DNA of 59,304 nt, counting the filler, from Catajapyx aquilonaris (lineage: Eukaryota), in assembly GCA_000934665.2 (NCBI GenBank). It is 2 parts of 2 records of this genome, joined end to end, with 100 filler letters (N's around TTAATTAATTAA, not from the genome) between each part and the next. Parts side by side here need not be neighbours in the genome. Positions count along the whole stretch, not along the records: positions 1 to 29,635 come from JYFJ02004770.1; 1 more part is not named here. The stretch is one strand, 5' to 3'. Below are positions 1 to 12,300 of this stretch, in pieces. The notes under the pieces are model-generated. The model had not been told where the DNA came from. It saw nothing but the letters and a program-made list of their open reading frames with translations, and made no database searches. The translations under genes and the position numbers were made by a program. How positions within the stretch are numbered: position 1 is the first letter of the stretch; every line of letters begins with the position of its first letter.

Positions 1-1540
1 GGGGAGGACTGGTTCCTCATTCACTTTGCTTCGGGTCGTGGGTCACACCACGGGGTCATCACCTCTGTCCCTGCCACTGGCCTCAGGCTGAAGGTGGTCA
101 CCAGTCCCAAGGGGGAAGGAGGGAGGCTCAGGATGGAGGACACTTGCTTCTTCTGCGGGGAGGGGGGGACGCCAAGGGTCAGGCCACTGGGGGACTACCA
201 GCTGGGTCAGGCGGGGCACGGGCTGAAGGGGCTCTTCAGGGGCAGATTAGAGCGCATGAACGGGAAGAAGGTCCGGGTAGGCTCGTACTTGGAATTTCCT
301 TTTGAAGAGTCCAGAAAGGTTATGGAAGAGTCTGGGGAAATTGTAGCCAATGCTTACGCACGTGGACTGTTTCTGATGGAAGCAAAGCTGAACATGAGAG
401 TGGAGGTTTACGTGAAAGAACTGAGAGGAGATGATTTTGATTTTAGGATGTATAAATGGAACATGGGGGGGTCTGCTAGGGGACATTCTCTCTGGCAAAG
501 CCGACCTGCCAACTGGTTTGTACCTTTCTGAAGAAACTCTTCCCTACTTATTGAACCCGCATCCGTACGGTTATGGACACGGGACCTTCCTGACCCGACA
601 CCCCGAGGGAGTGATCAACTGGCGTGTCATATACAGACCCTACCCTCTGGTCTTCTGGGTCAGCTTCTTGGTCAGCCTCGTCCTGGTCACCATGGCCGTC
701 AACAGACTCTCTCTGTGGAGATCCGGACTGGACGAGCAACATCTGCACCGACCTTTGACCTTCCTCCAGTCCATGGGTCTCGTCCTCCGTCACCTCCTGG
801 AACAGCCCATCCACTTCCCTCGCACCAGACGGTTCCTGGTCCTGGCCTCCTTCTACCTCCTCTCCTTCGTGATGGTGGTGGTCACAGGGTACAAGGCCAA
901 GCTGGTGGCCTTCCTGACTTGGCCTCCCAGGGAATTCGTCCCCAGAAATATCCGTGAATTACATGCATCTGATTGGAGTGTAGAAACAAATATGTTACAG
1001 TACCTAATCATGAAAAAGTTCGTGAAGGCAACAAATGATACGGTTCTGATAGAAATGATGGAAAGAATTCAAGTCGCTGAGACTTTCCGAAGCTGCCTGT
1101 ACAAGACCCACATAGAGAATGTTGCCTGCATTGGCATCAACGTCTTCGTAGAGCAAGACGAACTGTATCGCTTTATGGACACCTCCGCCCAACTGACCGT
1201 CAAGTTCTCAGATGATCGTTTGTTGCCAGTTTACGTGTCCGTACCCATGTCTCGAGGAGACACATCCTTGTTCTACCTCGTGCAGAACTTCTATCGGATG
1301 GTCATTGACGACATGGACCTCACCCGCAAGTTCTTGTCCGACGATCGTTACATGCGTTTCCTTCGTCGACTGAAGGTGATTCGAGCAGAGGAAGAGAAGA
1401 GAGAAGCGGAGGTCCTCGCAGAAGAAATTCTGACAGTTCGCAAATTGTCTGCAATATTTCGCATTTGGCTTGTGGGTCTTCTTCTCTCTCTTGGCCTGGT
1501 CATTGCTGAAATGTTTTATTTTTTGGAAAACAGTTGCTGA
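1..1540 (+). pseudogene. Divergent ionotropic receptor (IR, variant iGluR), intronless, 5'-partial, one frameshift near 445
   Basis: Frame 1 is open from base 1 (GEDWFLIHF...TCFFC...KVRVG...EAKLNM..DDFDF). It continues in another frame as GCINGTWGGLLGDILSGKADL (S1 lobe), then PYPLVFW (M1), VVTGYKAKLVAFLTWP (M3-like) and LTVRKLSAIFRIWLVGLLLSLGLVIAE (terminal TM). One extra base near 445 separates the frames; this may be a real pseudogene or an assembly indel. Confidence 0.75.
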
Positions 1541-2520
1541 AACCACGTGTTTTTGCAAAGGCTGTACCGGTACAAAAAAAATATTTACGTAAAACTGAAA
1601 ACATAAATGATGTCGCAGAATCTTCGCGTTCAATTGCCTGTAATTACACCGGAATAGAAAATGTGAAACTAACTCTTCTTGCTGGTATTGTACTGTTTGC
1701 ACTATTTCGCAAATTGCTCAATAAATATCATTTTTGACCTTCTCTGACGTCTTATCAATATATAAATAAGATAAATAAATTAAGCGGAATTTTATATCAT
1801 ATTGGGAGCAAGAATAATATTTTTGTGCCTTTTAAAACCGTCAACTAAATAGGCTACTGTCATATTATAATTATACAAAAATAAAATTCAGCACAAATCA
1901 TTTTGCAAGTGCTGTTTTACCAATTTATGAAGGTAGCATTAATTATTTGTAGTTAAATGTTATTGTTAATTGAATTTAATGTCAAAAAAGTATTGGTCTG
2001 GCAACACTTGATGCTGTCGCCATCTTGGACGTTCGAACACTTTCTGAGCAATCTGATTGGTTAGAGTTCCAAGATGGCCGCCTTCTTTATCGGCTTCAAA
2101 TATGGCGGACTTTAAAATGGCCGACTAAAAACCGTTGATGCAAAGTTTGGGTCATAAAACTGGTTGTATCTCCGGTCCGGTCAGGTCCTCAATCGTGATT
2201 CAGGCCTGGTTTTGTAGAGCGTTGTTCAGCGCACAAAATGAGCCCGGAGGTTTTAGCCTGTGATGGGTAAGACATGCTGGTAATAAGGTAAAGATGTGTG
2301 GGAATTGATCCAACCTTATGCTAAAAATATCAAAAGTAGTGATTGGTAATGTTGTTGAAATAATTATATTTTCCATTATAATTTACTGTATCGATTGTAG
2401 CTTGTAAGGGTGTCCTTCAACTACACACAAGAAATTACTAACGCCAACTCTACAAGAAGGTTTGCAGCGAAGAGTCATGTACCCGGTAGCGATAAAACAA
2501 CGGTTTTCTGCATTTCACAG

Positions 2521-3716
2521 GCCTCGTGGTCGTCTAAAGCCAACTCGCTACCCTCGTCTTCCTAGAGCTGATGCCTCGCCTCGTGTGTCCGAACCCATCC
2601 CACGACCCGCGCCGTACTCGGCGGAGATTCTGGAGTTGATCCAGAAAGCGGGTATTCAGCAGGAGTGCAAGAGGCAGACCCAGTGTGTGGTTCCGTCGTG
2701 CTCAAACAGGCCAAGCATGGGCATGTCCTTCTTCAGGTTCCCTGTACATGATAATATCAGGTACCCACAAAACAGTGTAAATGGTTACATGGGTTACGTA
2801 GCCCAAGCGAAGACTGGTCGTCAAATCGCTCACATGTAAACACACCTTAATTGCATTTTTAGGTGTGAACGATGGCTGTCGGAGGTGGATTCCGATAAGC
2901 TGTGGCACCTCCAGAGAAACATGCTGAGCAACAAGAGGGTCTGTGCCGCCCACTTCGTAGAGACCAGCTTCCTCAGTCCCGCCAGGAACAGGCTGGTGCA
3001 CAACGCCATACCGAGTCTCTTTGGAGACGAAGCCAGGAAGAATGCCAGGAGGGACAAAGAGCAGGCGAAATGGCGACAGAGAAATATTGTGCTGGCGGAT
3101 GATGTGAGAGGTGTGCCGATCGAAGACGACATAATGGATGCCAGTACTCAAACAGGTGAGGTTCTAATCGGTTTGCATCGCAATGGAAATATATTCTTCC
3201 ATTTTTATTACAGTGTCAAAGGCTCCACGCACTGTCAGCCACATGAGTCAGACTGGCTGTCGAACCCTGAAACAGCAGGAGGCTTTGAAGGAGCATAGAC
3301 GACTGGTCACCCACCGCCTCCGCAACCAGATAAACTACCTTCAGCGGAGGATCCAGAGGATGCAAGCCCAACTGGAGCAACCTCCAGGCAGAAAGGGATT
3401 GACTAGAGGACTGGAAGAGGTGCTATCGGGGGACGTGCTGACCCTCTGCAGGCTGCAAGTGAGGTCGGGCGGAAAAGGCCAGCAGTTCACGGAGGATGAG
3501 CGGGCAATGGCGCTGAGTCTGTACGATCAAGGACCATTGGCGTACAGGTACCTCCGAGCCAAGGGCTTCATCCTTCCGTCCCTCTCCGTCATCAAGAGGT
3601 GGGAGAAGGAGAGAAGCAACAGCGACATGGCTTTAGTAGGACTCATCATCACAGGGGACATGATGCCTGAGGACATCCCAGCGCCCCTTATGTCTATCCC
3701 AGACATCGAGGTTTGA
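2521..3716 (+). CDS. THAP zinc-finger protein with coiled coil and P-element-transposase-like HTH fragment (spliced; 5' exons uncertain, possible ATG at 2238)
   Basis: Exons 2521-2760, 2863-3155 and 3214-3716 join in frame through GT-AG introns. They give C-x4-C...FFRFP...R/CERWL...RVCAAHF...NAIPSLF (THAP C2CH plus AVPTIF box), then FTEDERAMALSLYDQGPLAYRYLRAKGFILPSLSVIKRW, typical of the P-element/THAP9 transposase N-terminal region. AATAAA follows at about 3738. Confidence 0.8.
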
Positions 3717-3794
3717 CCACTGTGGAATTAACAGAGAAATAAAATAGTTTTTCTATCCCTGTAACGACACATGTTGCTTCCTTCGTTACGTGTG

Positions 3795-3948
3795 ACAGCT
3801 GAATCTGGATGTAACAGCCTTGGCTATAACAGACTCGTAAGGCCGGTCCCGGCACATTTTTAAATACGGTATGGCTTGTGTGTTCGGCTATAACAGACCT
3901 TGGTTATAACAGACACAATTTCTCTCTGTTACATCCAAATTCAACCGT
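3795..3948. mobile_element. Small Tc1/pogo(Tigger)-like MITE remnant
   Basis: Imperfect inverted ends CAGCTGAATCTGGATGTAACAG ... CTGTTACATCCAAATTCAACCG, with internal GGCTATAACAGAC repeats. Confidence 0.5.
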
Positions 3949-4669
3949 ACTAGCATCAGAGCACATACTTCGCCAATGTTTCCAACGATCTATCACTTCT
4001 CAATAACTACGCAACAAGTTGCCATGGGTAACCAAAACCTGGACAAACAATCAGACAGACAAACTTTGCCTTTCATAATAATGCCATCAGCAGAACCCGC
4101 TCTTTGCGCGTACCCTGTTTTCGCGGAATTGCAATCGGGAACAATCAACCATCGTTGATGCCGTGCTAACATGTTTCCATGGTTAACCAGAACCTGGACA
4201 AACAAACAGACAGCCGAACCTCTGCCCCCCTTTTTGTAAAATTTAAATAATAATGATACTAGCAGCGGAACCAGTTCGTCGCACACCCTGTTTCCATGGT
4301 AGGCCTACTATTAAAAGATATTAATATAAATAAATAGGCTAACTGTAAATATGGCTGAAATATAATATGAAATTCACAGTCATGTTAAAATGTAATCAAA
4401 ATAATATCTCCCTATATTATATAAAGCAGAATTATAAATAAAAAATATCAATGCTTTTAACCAAAAATGTGCACATACCGGCCTATACTGTAAATTCAAC
4501 CGAAATATTTAACTGGAAATAAAACTGAAATAAACGATAAAATACATCTTCAAAAGAAATGTAAAAAAAAATGAGTCGAAAACGTACCAAAAATTTTAAC
4601 CAAAATGTGCCTAAAATTTAACTGAAATGTACATAAAATAACTATTATGCAACATAAGCTAATATGAAC

Positions 4670-5470
4670 TGATGTAACATACTGGATAACTAGTATATCA
4701 TTTACCGGATAACTAGTATATCATTTACTGGATAACTAATATAACATACACTGGATAACTAATATAACATACCTGGATAACTTACATAACATACTGGATA
4801 ACTATAATGTATCATTTACTGGATAACTAATATAACATACCTAGATAACTTACATAACATAATTATACTGGATCACTATAATCTTGCTATAATGTATCAT
4901 TTACTGGACAACTAATATAACAAACTGGATAACTAACATAACATACAACACTAGATAACTTACAAAACATAAACTGGATAACTAATAAAATATACACTGG
5001 ATAACTAATATAGCACACACTGGATAACTAACGTAAAATGCACTGGATAACTAATATAACATATACTGGATAACTAATATAACATACACTGGATAACTAA
5101 TATAACATACACTGGATAACTAACGTAAAATGCACTGGATAACTAATAAAACATACACTGGATAACTAACGTAAAATGCACTGGATAACTAATAAAACAT
5201 ACACTGGATAACTAACATAAAATGCACTGGATAGGCCTAACTAATATAACATGCACTGGATAACTAATATAACATGCACTGGATAACACTGGATAACTAA
5301 CAAAATGGACTGGATAACTAACAAAATGGACTGGATAACTAATATAACATGCACTGGATAACACTGGATAACTAATACGACAAATTCACTGGATAACTAA
5401 TACAACAAATTCACTGGATAACTAATACAACAAATTCACTGGATAACTAATATAGCATAATTATTCCAGT
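4670..5470. repeat. ~22-bp tandem minisatellite (consensus ACTGGATAACTAATATAACATAC)
   Basis: More than 30 imperfect tandem copies of the CTGGATAACTAA core are visible directly. Confidence 0.95.
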
Positions 5471-5957
5471 TAATGCATATCCCACATAGCTGCTAGTGAT
5501 TGACTAGAACAAACATGGCGGCACGTACAATTTCTTTTTGCCAATGTTTTTATGTCCGTTTTAATTTTTGTAAACTATTGAACGTGCTGTGATTTCTGCA
5601 CACTTAAGCTCGGCCGCATGCAAATTTTTAAATGGATTGAATGAGATTGGACGTGATATTTCGTGCAACCTGCGCGGACCCGAATGCGCAGGGAGGTTTG
5701 AAATCCAAGATGGCGCAGATCGAACTTTCCTAGGGATCGGGAAGGGGGGGAGGAAAAAAAGTGTTCCTTTTTTTTTTAACATTTCTTTTTCCCTCTCTCT
5801 CCCTCCGCCTGTCTCCTCTCATCCCTTTGCCCTATTCCCCCTTTTTTTTCCATTCCTTTCCTTGTTGGTGGGGTGACCTTCCTTCTTCGAGATCCCATTG
5901 GGGTCAGGCGGCCATCGGGAGAGTTGGGACAGGCACACCCCCCAGCCAGAGAGAGAC

Positions 5958-7436
5958 ATGGAGAGCCTGAGCACCCCGCCCCCAGCATCATCATCATCAT
6001 CATCATGCGGTGGTGGTGGGTCATCCTCCGCAGAGTCCCTCTCCGTCATGCAGTCCATGATAGACTTCTCAGCAGAGAGGCTGGAGGGGCTCAGGACGCA
6101 GTGCGTCACATCAGCGGAGCTCACGCAGCAGGAGATCAGGACGCTCGAGGTAAGCACACTGTAGCGCACAGGACATTCACGTTAATTATCAATCAAGTCA
6201 TGTATGACGCTACAAAAGAAAGTGTATGCTTGTTTGTCCGGGACCATGGCAACATGTTGCGATTGACGCGCACGTGTCGATTCGTGTCGGGTATTATAAA
6301 AGAAAAATGTTTGTACCGGGTCCAAGTTCGATTACACATGTCACCAGAAATGAAACGGTCCGTTTACGTCACAACTTAGATAGTTTTCATGTTGATTATC
6401 AGTTAATATTAGCAATATTCATGTCTGACAGTGTAAAAGAAAGTGTTTCCCTGTTTGTTTGTCCAGGTTCTGTTTTCCATGGCAACATGTTACGATTGAT
6501 CGGTGTAACCAGCCATTATTGCAAGTACACTCGTATTATTTGTAATTAACCGGATTGATTAACTTTCGCAGGTTAAGCTAGTCCAGCTGTTCAGCCGCCA
6601 GCTTGTTCTGCGTGCCCGTGCGGCTCAGACCAACCTCCAGCTTCCTGCGGACCTGCACGACGTCCCGTCTCTCCGCCTGTGGCTCCGGGTCGTGGGGCTG
6701 GGCCCCACGGCTGTGGAGTGTGCATGCCGCCGCCTTCCCAACCAGTCCCTAGACTCGCTTCTGGCTCACCATTCATCTAACCCGGACGACGATGGACTCC
6801 GGGCCCTTCTGAGCGACTCGCCCAACCCGGAGGATCTCAGGCGGCTGAGCAGTGCGCTTCGGTGCCTCAAAGTGTGCACGGATATAGTGAAAGGCGGCGG
6901 GGACGGGCTGGCTAGTGAGCGGCTGTACTGGGACAGTTGGGATTGTAGCGAGGGCGGCGGGTCAGTCGGATCTAGTCCACGACCTGCCAGGACACGACAA
7001 GCAAGGGCAAGCGTCGGGAGTGAGGACGGGCGAGTGGCTGGAAACGGGAAGAGTGCAGCGCCTGCTGGAAACGGGCGGGCCAAGCCTGTTAGTGTAGTGG
7101 CCAACCATGCGGTTGGCGCAGTGACTAGTCCTGCTCCTGTGGCTTCCTCTTCACTCGTAGCGGCTCCAGGGGGTGGTTCCGGCGGGTCTGGCTCTTCCCC
7201 CTATTCATCCCCGTGTCCCTCTCCAGCCATCCACCACCCCGGATCACACCCGCTACATCCGCCCCCACGTTTCTTCAGCCCATTGCTGCCCCCGCCGTCT
7301 CCAACCCTGCCGCAATCCAGATTCACCCCGCCGCCTACGCCGCCATTGAGCAAGTCCGGAAAAGGTAATCGACTCGGATCATTCCAATCCAAATCACCTG
7401 GTCCCACATGCTCTCACTTCTCAGAAATTGTGCGTC

Positions 7437-7495
<59 letters not shown>

Positions 7496-10400
7496 TTTCT
7501 CCATGGGCGATAAGCCCTTTAGGCTGCAAAATTGTGCAATATATTTATATATCTATTTATGTAAAAGGTGACGTTTGTTTGTTCTGAAAGTTTGATTTAC
7601 CACCGCAACGGTTTTCATTGCGACAGTTTACAGGGTTTCATCGCAACAGTTTACCATGACCAGGATTTTGCTGCTATGGCGAGCTGTTGCCATGGACTTG
7701 GACAAACCAACCAACAAATTTCGCCTCTTAAAAATAAAAGGCGAAGTTTGTTGGTCCAAGTTTTGTTTACCGTGGCATCGGTTTTTCATTGCAACTGTTG
7801 CTTGCAAATTGTGGTTCGTTTGCCCCCAAGTCCATGGCGACAGCTCACCATGGCAGCAAAACCCTGTTGCCATGGATTTGGACAAACAAACGAAATGGAA
7901 ACCAATAGTAATAGAAAAGGCGAAGTTCCCTGGTTTGTGTGTCCAAGTTTGGTTTGCCTGGGCTATGGTTTACCATGACACTGGTTTACCATGGCAACAG
8001 TTTTTTACCATGACAGTGATTTTGCTGCCATGGTGAGCTGTTGCCATGGACTTGGGAGAAACAAACCAAATAGAAAAGGCGAAGTTTGTTGGTTCGTTTG
8101 TCCGAGGTTGGTTTACCATGGCAACAGGGTATTAATTTCAACAGTTTACCGTGACAATGATTTACCGCGGCAGCAAATTGCAGAGCATGGGCCATGCAAA
8201 GAACTGTCTCCACTTGCAAATTGTAACTCATGATAATTTTTTTAAAGTAGAAAGGGCAAACAATGTGTTCATTACTATTTAAAATAAATAAATAACCAGG
8301 GTGTTTCTTGAAGCATTTTTGTAGTAGCGGCCTGCATGATGTAACGTGCGACTCTTTTTCCAGCTGTTCCCGACCGGAGCCGCTTTCCGACAACCCCGCC
8401 TCCACGTCGGCGTCAGACAGTAGCAACCCCTTCGCCGCTTCAGTCGACAGCGCCTCCAACCACCACCACCACCCCATCCTCCTCCGCATCCTCCCCATCC
8501 CCGCACCTTCCCGCCACCCCAACCGCAACCCAAACCCCAAACAGTCTAGTCCAAGGTGTACACAAGTCAAAGTCAAATGAGTCCCAGCTGGGTTGGGACG
8601 AAGCCACTAAAGCACCTGAGCCGTTTCCACTATCCCCGTCGCCCTGTTCGCCCTCACCGTGCTCTTCGCCGTTGCTGTTCCCACCGTTAGCGCCGCTTCC
8701 TAGCACACCCCGATCTCCATCGCCCTTGTCGCCACTACCTGCGCCTCTCCCGCACACGCCGCCTCCGCACCAGCCAGGCAACCAGCTACTAGCGCCGCCC
8801 CGTTCGCCCCACACCCCGACACTTTCCAGGTCAATGGGCCATGTGATAGCGCACCGGTTCGCCAAGACATTCCACGTTATGACCACATGCGACTACTGCA
8901 ACAAACAGATGTTCATAGGTAAGCCCGTCAGTAGTACAAACCATCCGGATCTAACCAGTTGCGTTTGCAGGACTGAAGTGTAAGGAGTGCAAGTTCAAGT
9001 GCCACCGTGATTGCGAGTCGAAGGTGCCGCCGTCTTGCGGGTTACCGGCGGAGTACATAGATGTGTTCATTAAGTCTCTGCAAGGGGAGGAGTCGCCAGT
9101 GCTGCTTGGCGGTGCTTCGGGCGGGCGGAGCGTCGGGTGCTCCCCGTCCCGCCGGAGCAAGAAGCCGACCCCGCCGCCTCCCACCAAATCGAACCACCAC
9201 CACCATCACCACCACCACCACCATCCGCATCATCCGCATCATCACTCGATGCACATACCGCCCTTCGGAGCCTTCACCGGCCACGGGGACAGCTCATCCA
9301 ACACATCATCCTGCAATTCGTCAACACCTTCATCGCCCGCAATCCTACCCGCAGCCCCGACGCCTTCATCCGCATCCAGGAGCCACCAATTCCACTTTCC
9401 AGGTATGTCCTGTGTACACATAATCGAGCCTATAATTTGACATGTTTATTGCAGATGTAGAGTGCAGCAAGGATGTGACACTAGTGACCCATCCGCTGAA
9501 CGACCCACCGAACCCACAGTCCACGTCATCCTGGAGCTCATCTCCGTGCCCATCACCGTCTCCATCGCCCTGTCCGTCACCAGCCTTGCTCCCAATCCCG
9601 CCTCCACCACACTCCCCGCAACCCCCGTCCCCGCCACCATGCACTATGACCTCGACCTCGTTGGCCCATCTGCACCAACGCACTCCGACCCCGACCCCGA
9701 CCCCGACTCCGACGCCACCAGCGCACCACCCTGCGGCACCGCATGTGGACACCGTGATGTCCGCCGGATCCGGCTCGACCTCAACGGACTCGGAGCGTAC
9801 CTTAGCGCCCTACAGGTATGACTAATTAATTTACGAGCCTTAACTAATGATTGTCTCTAACCTTACATGACCTTTGGTGACCTAATGGACATTATCCCTA
9901 CATGGCCTAATACAACATGACCTGAGCTTACGTGACCTAACCTTGTGTGACCTAATCTTATATAAACTAACCTTACATGGCCTAACGCAATGTGAGCTTG
10001 ACCTAACCTTGCATGACCTTATATGACCTGATCTTACATGAACTTACATGCCCTAACCTTGCATGACCTTATGTCACCTGATCTTACATGAACTGACCTT
10101 ACATAACCTAACCTTAGATGATCTAATACAGCATGACCTGATCTTACATGACCTAATCTAACCTAATCATCCTGCAGGTTGGACAGCCAGGACAGTACCG
10201 TGTCGGACGGTGAGGGTGCGAGTGTGGGGAAGGCAAGTACGTGGACGGGCGGTGGACCAGAAGGCGGCGAAGTGCAGTGGCCCAGACAGAACAGCCTGAG
10301 TCTGCGGGAGTGGGACATTCCATTTGACGACCTGCATCTGGGTGACCCCATCGGGACAGGCCGGTTTGGCACTGTGTACCGTGGGAACTGGCATGGCGAT

Positions 10401-11359
10401 GTCGCTATAAAAGTCCTGCATGCACCGTGGCGGGACGACCAGCGTACATTGGAGGCGTTCAAGCTGGAGGTTGCCACATTCCGAAAGACTCGTCATGAGA
10501 ACCTGGTCCTGTTCATGGGTGCCTGTATGAAGCCGCCTCGTTTGGCCATAGTCACCTCGATGTGCAAGGGCCGCACCTTGTTTGCCCATCTGCATGAGAA
10601 CCGTGACCGGTTTTCCATCAACAAGACCATCATGGTCGCACAACAAGTAGCGCAAGGGATGGGGTAAGTACCGCAATGATTACCGCATGAGGCTCCCATC
10701 ACGTCCCGCTTCTCCTACAGGTACCTCCACGCCCGAGGGATCCTGCACAAGGACCTGAAGAGCAAGAATATCTTCCTGGAGAACGGGAAGGTTGTGATCA
10801 CCGACTTTGGGCTGTTCAGCGTACGGGCCTTGAGCGTACTGGGTGACGGAAAGGGCGGCACGGCCAAGGGCAGGGAGGAAGGTCCGTGGCTTAGCATACC
10901 GCCTGGGTGGCTCTGCTACCTTGCGCCGGAGCTGGCTCGGACACTCCGGCCTGCATCTGGCGGTGATGGGGATGCACATGACCTTCCATTCTCACCCGCA
11001 TCGGACGTGTACGCATTCGGGTAAGCACCCTCAGATACAAGTGTAACTGCATGTACTTAATAATCATATTATGCAGCACCGTCTGGTACGAGCTGGTGTG
11101 CGGTGAATGGCCATTCGCTGGTCAACCTCCCGAGGCAATAATCTGGCAGGTGGGTCGTGGGGTCAAGCCGGCCCTGGCCCATCTCCAGGCTTCCCGTGAT
11201 GTAAAAGACATTCTCCTCACGTGCTGGGCGTACTCGCCCAACCAACGACCGGACTTCGCTGCGCTCCTGAGGACGCTGGATCGACTCCCGAAGAAGCGGC
11301 TGGCCAGATCCCCATCACATCCGCTGCACCTGTCGAGGTCGGCCGAGTCCGTCTTTTAA
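5958..11359 (+). CDS. ksr: Kinase suppressor of Ras (KSR), 8 coding exons: 5958-6149, 6572-7364, 8364-8918, 8971-9402, 9455-9815, 10178-10663, 10721-11020, 11077-11359
   Basis: CC-SAM region [18 protein letters not shown]...[25 protein letters not shown] and KSNESQL motifs. C1 domain [32 protein letters not shown]...C. Kinase SLREWDIP...GTGRFGTV...VAIK...[13 protein letters not shown]...HKDLKSKN...DFG...WLCYLAPE, ending RSPSHP..RSAESVF. All introns are GT-AG with compatible phases. Confidence 0.95.
7437..7492. repeat. (AAT)n microsatellite in KSR intron 2
   Basis: Uninterrupted AAT run. Confidence 0.95.
7590..8190. repeat. Dispersed repeat family rich in CCATGG(C)AAC / GGACAAACAAAC units in both orientations (related pieces at about 4010-4300, 6220-6500 and 16480-16610)
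   Basis: Repeated GTTGCCATGGACTTGGACAAAC, GGCGAAGTTTGTTGGT and TTTACCATGGCAAC segments. Confidence 0.7.
9860..10165. repeat. Degenerate ~15-bp tandem repeat (ACATGACCTAACCTT) in a KSR intron
   Basis: Recurring CATGACCT / CCTAACCTT units. Confidence 0.8.
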
Positions 11360-11764
11360 AAAAAAAGAGTGTAAGGCACGTGTTTTAAGTCCCAGTGTAC
11401 AGCATTCCCAGTTTCTCGTCCCATACCCCCCCCAAACCTTACCCCCCCATACAGCAATAAATTGCAGTCATGCAATGAGATGCTGATTATTGCAAGACTC
11501 GCCCCCAACCTCGCCATGATTTGACTTGTCCAATTGCTGCCGTCCTATTGCGTGCAGTCATGAGTAAGGTACCAGACCTGAAGCCCCAATTAGCCTTGTG
11601 ACGACTTGGGAGGACTCGAACAATCCCTTCGCGATGGTAGCCCTTTGCTATGAGTGGTAGAGCAGCGGTAGAAGGAGAGGGAAGTGGGCCATACCCACAA
11701 ACTTTCCCTTTTATATACACTATGTAAGATTTAGGATAATTAGTATGACAACGTTGTGTCATTT

Positions 11765-12300
11765 TCGTCCAGTTAGGATCGTATCATGTTGTAATGTATC
11801 GTATATTCAACAAAAGTAGTCGAGTCTCGTTCCCGGCTGCCCGATGAGAAAAAAGTATACTCAAATCACGCTCGCTTGAATTTTGCCATGTTGTCCAGTT
11901 AGAATCGTAGCATGTAACGTATCGTATATTCAACAAAAGTGGACTACTTTTGCTGAATATACGATACGTTCCCCGCTGCCCGATGAGAAAAAAAGTATAC
12001 TCAAATCAGGCTCGCTTGATTTTTGTCATTTTGACCAGTTAGAATCGTGTCATGTTGTAACGTGTCGTATATTCAACAAAAGGAGTCGAGTCTCGTTCCG
12101 GGCTGCCCGATGAGAAAAGGTCTACTCAAATCATGCTCGCTTGATTTTTGCCATGTTGTCCAGTTAGAATCGTATCATGTTGTAACGTATCGTATATTCA
12201 ACAAAAGTAGACTACTTTTGTTGAATATACGATACGTTACCGGCTGCCCGATGAGAAAAAAGTCTACTCAAATCATGCTCGCTTTAATTTTTTGCCAATG
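11765..12300. repeat. Four ~120-140-bp tandem units in A/B alternation; B units contain a near-perfect palindrome
   Basis: Unit GTCCAGTTAGAATCGTATCATGTTGTAACGTATCGTATATTCAACAAAAGT...GCTGCCCGATGAGAAAAAA..TACTCAAATCA.GCTCGCTT. Bases 12182-12240 form a 29-bp-arm inverted repeat with a 1-nt loop. Confidence 0.85.

Noticed and set aside
4670..5470. Repeat array resembling CRISPR
   Set aside because: The inter-core segments are short variants of one another rather than unique spacers. The context is eukaryotic and no cas genes are present.
10178..11359. KSR retaining the VAIK lysine as a novelty, or assignment as Raf
   Set aside because: The lysine is normal in invertebrate KSRs. The CC-SAM domain, HKD and WLCYLAPE motifs and the lack of an RBD identify KSR rather than Raf.
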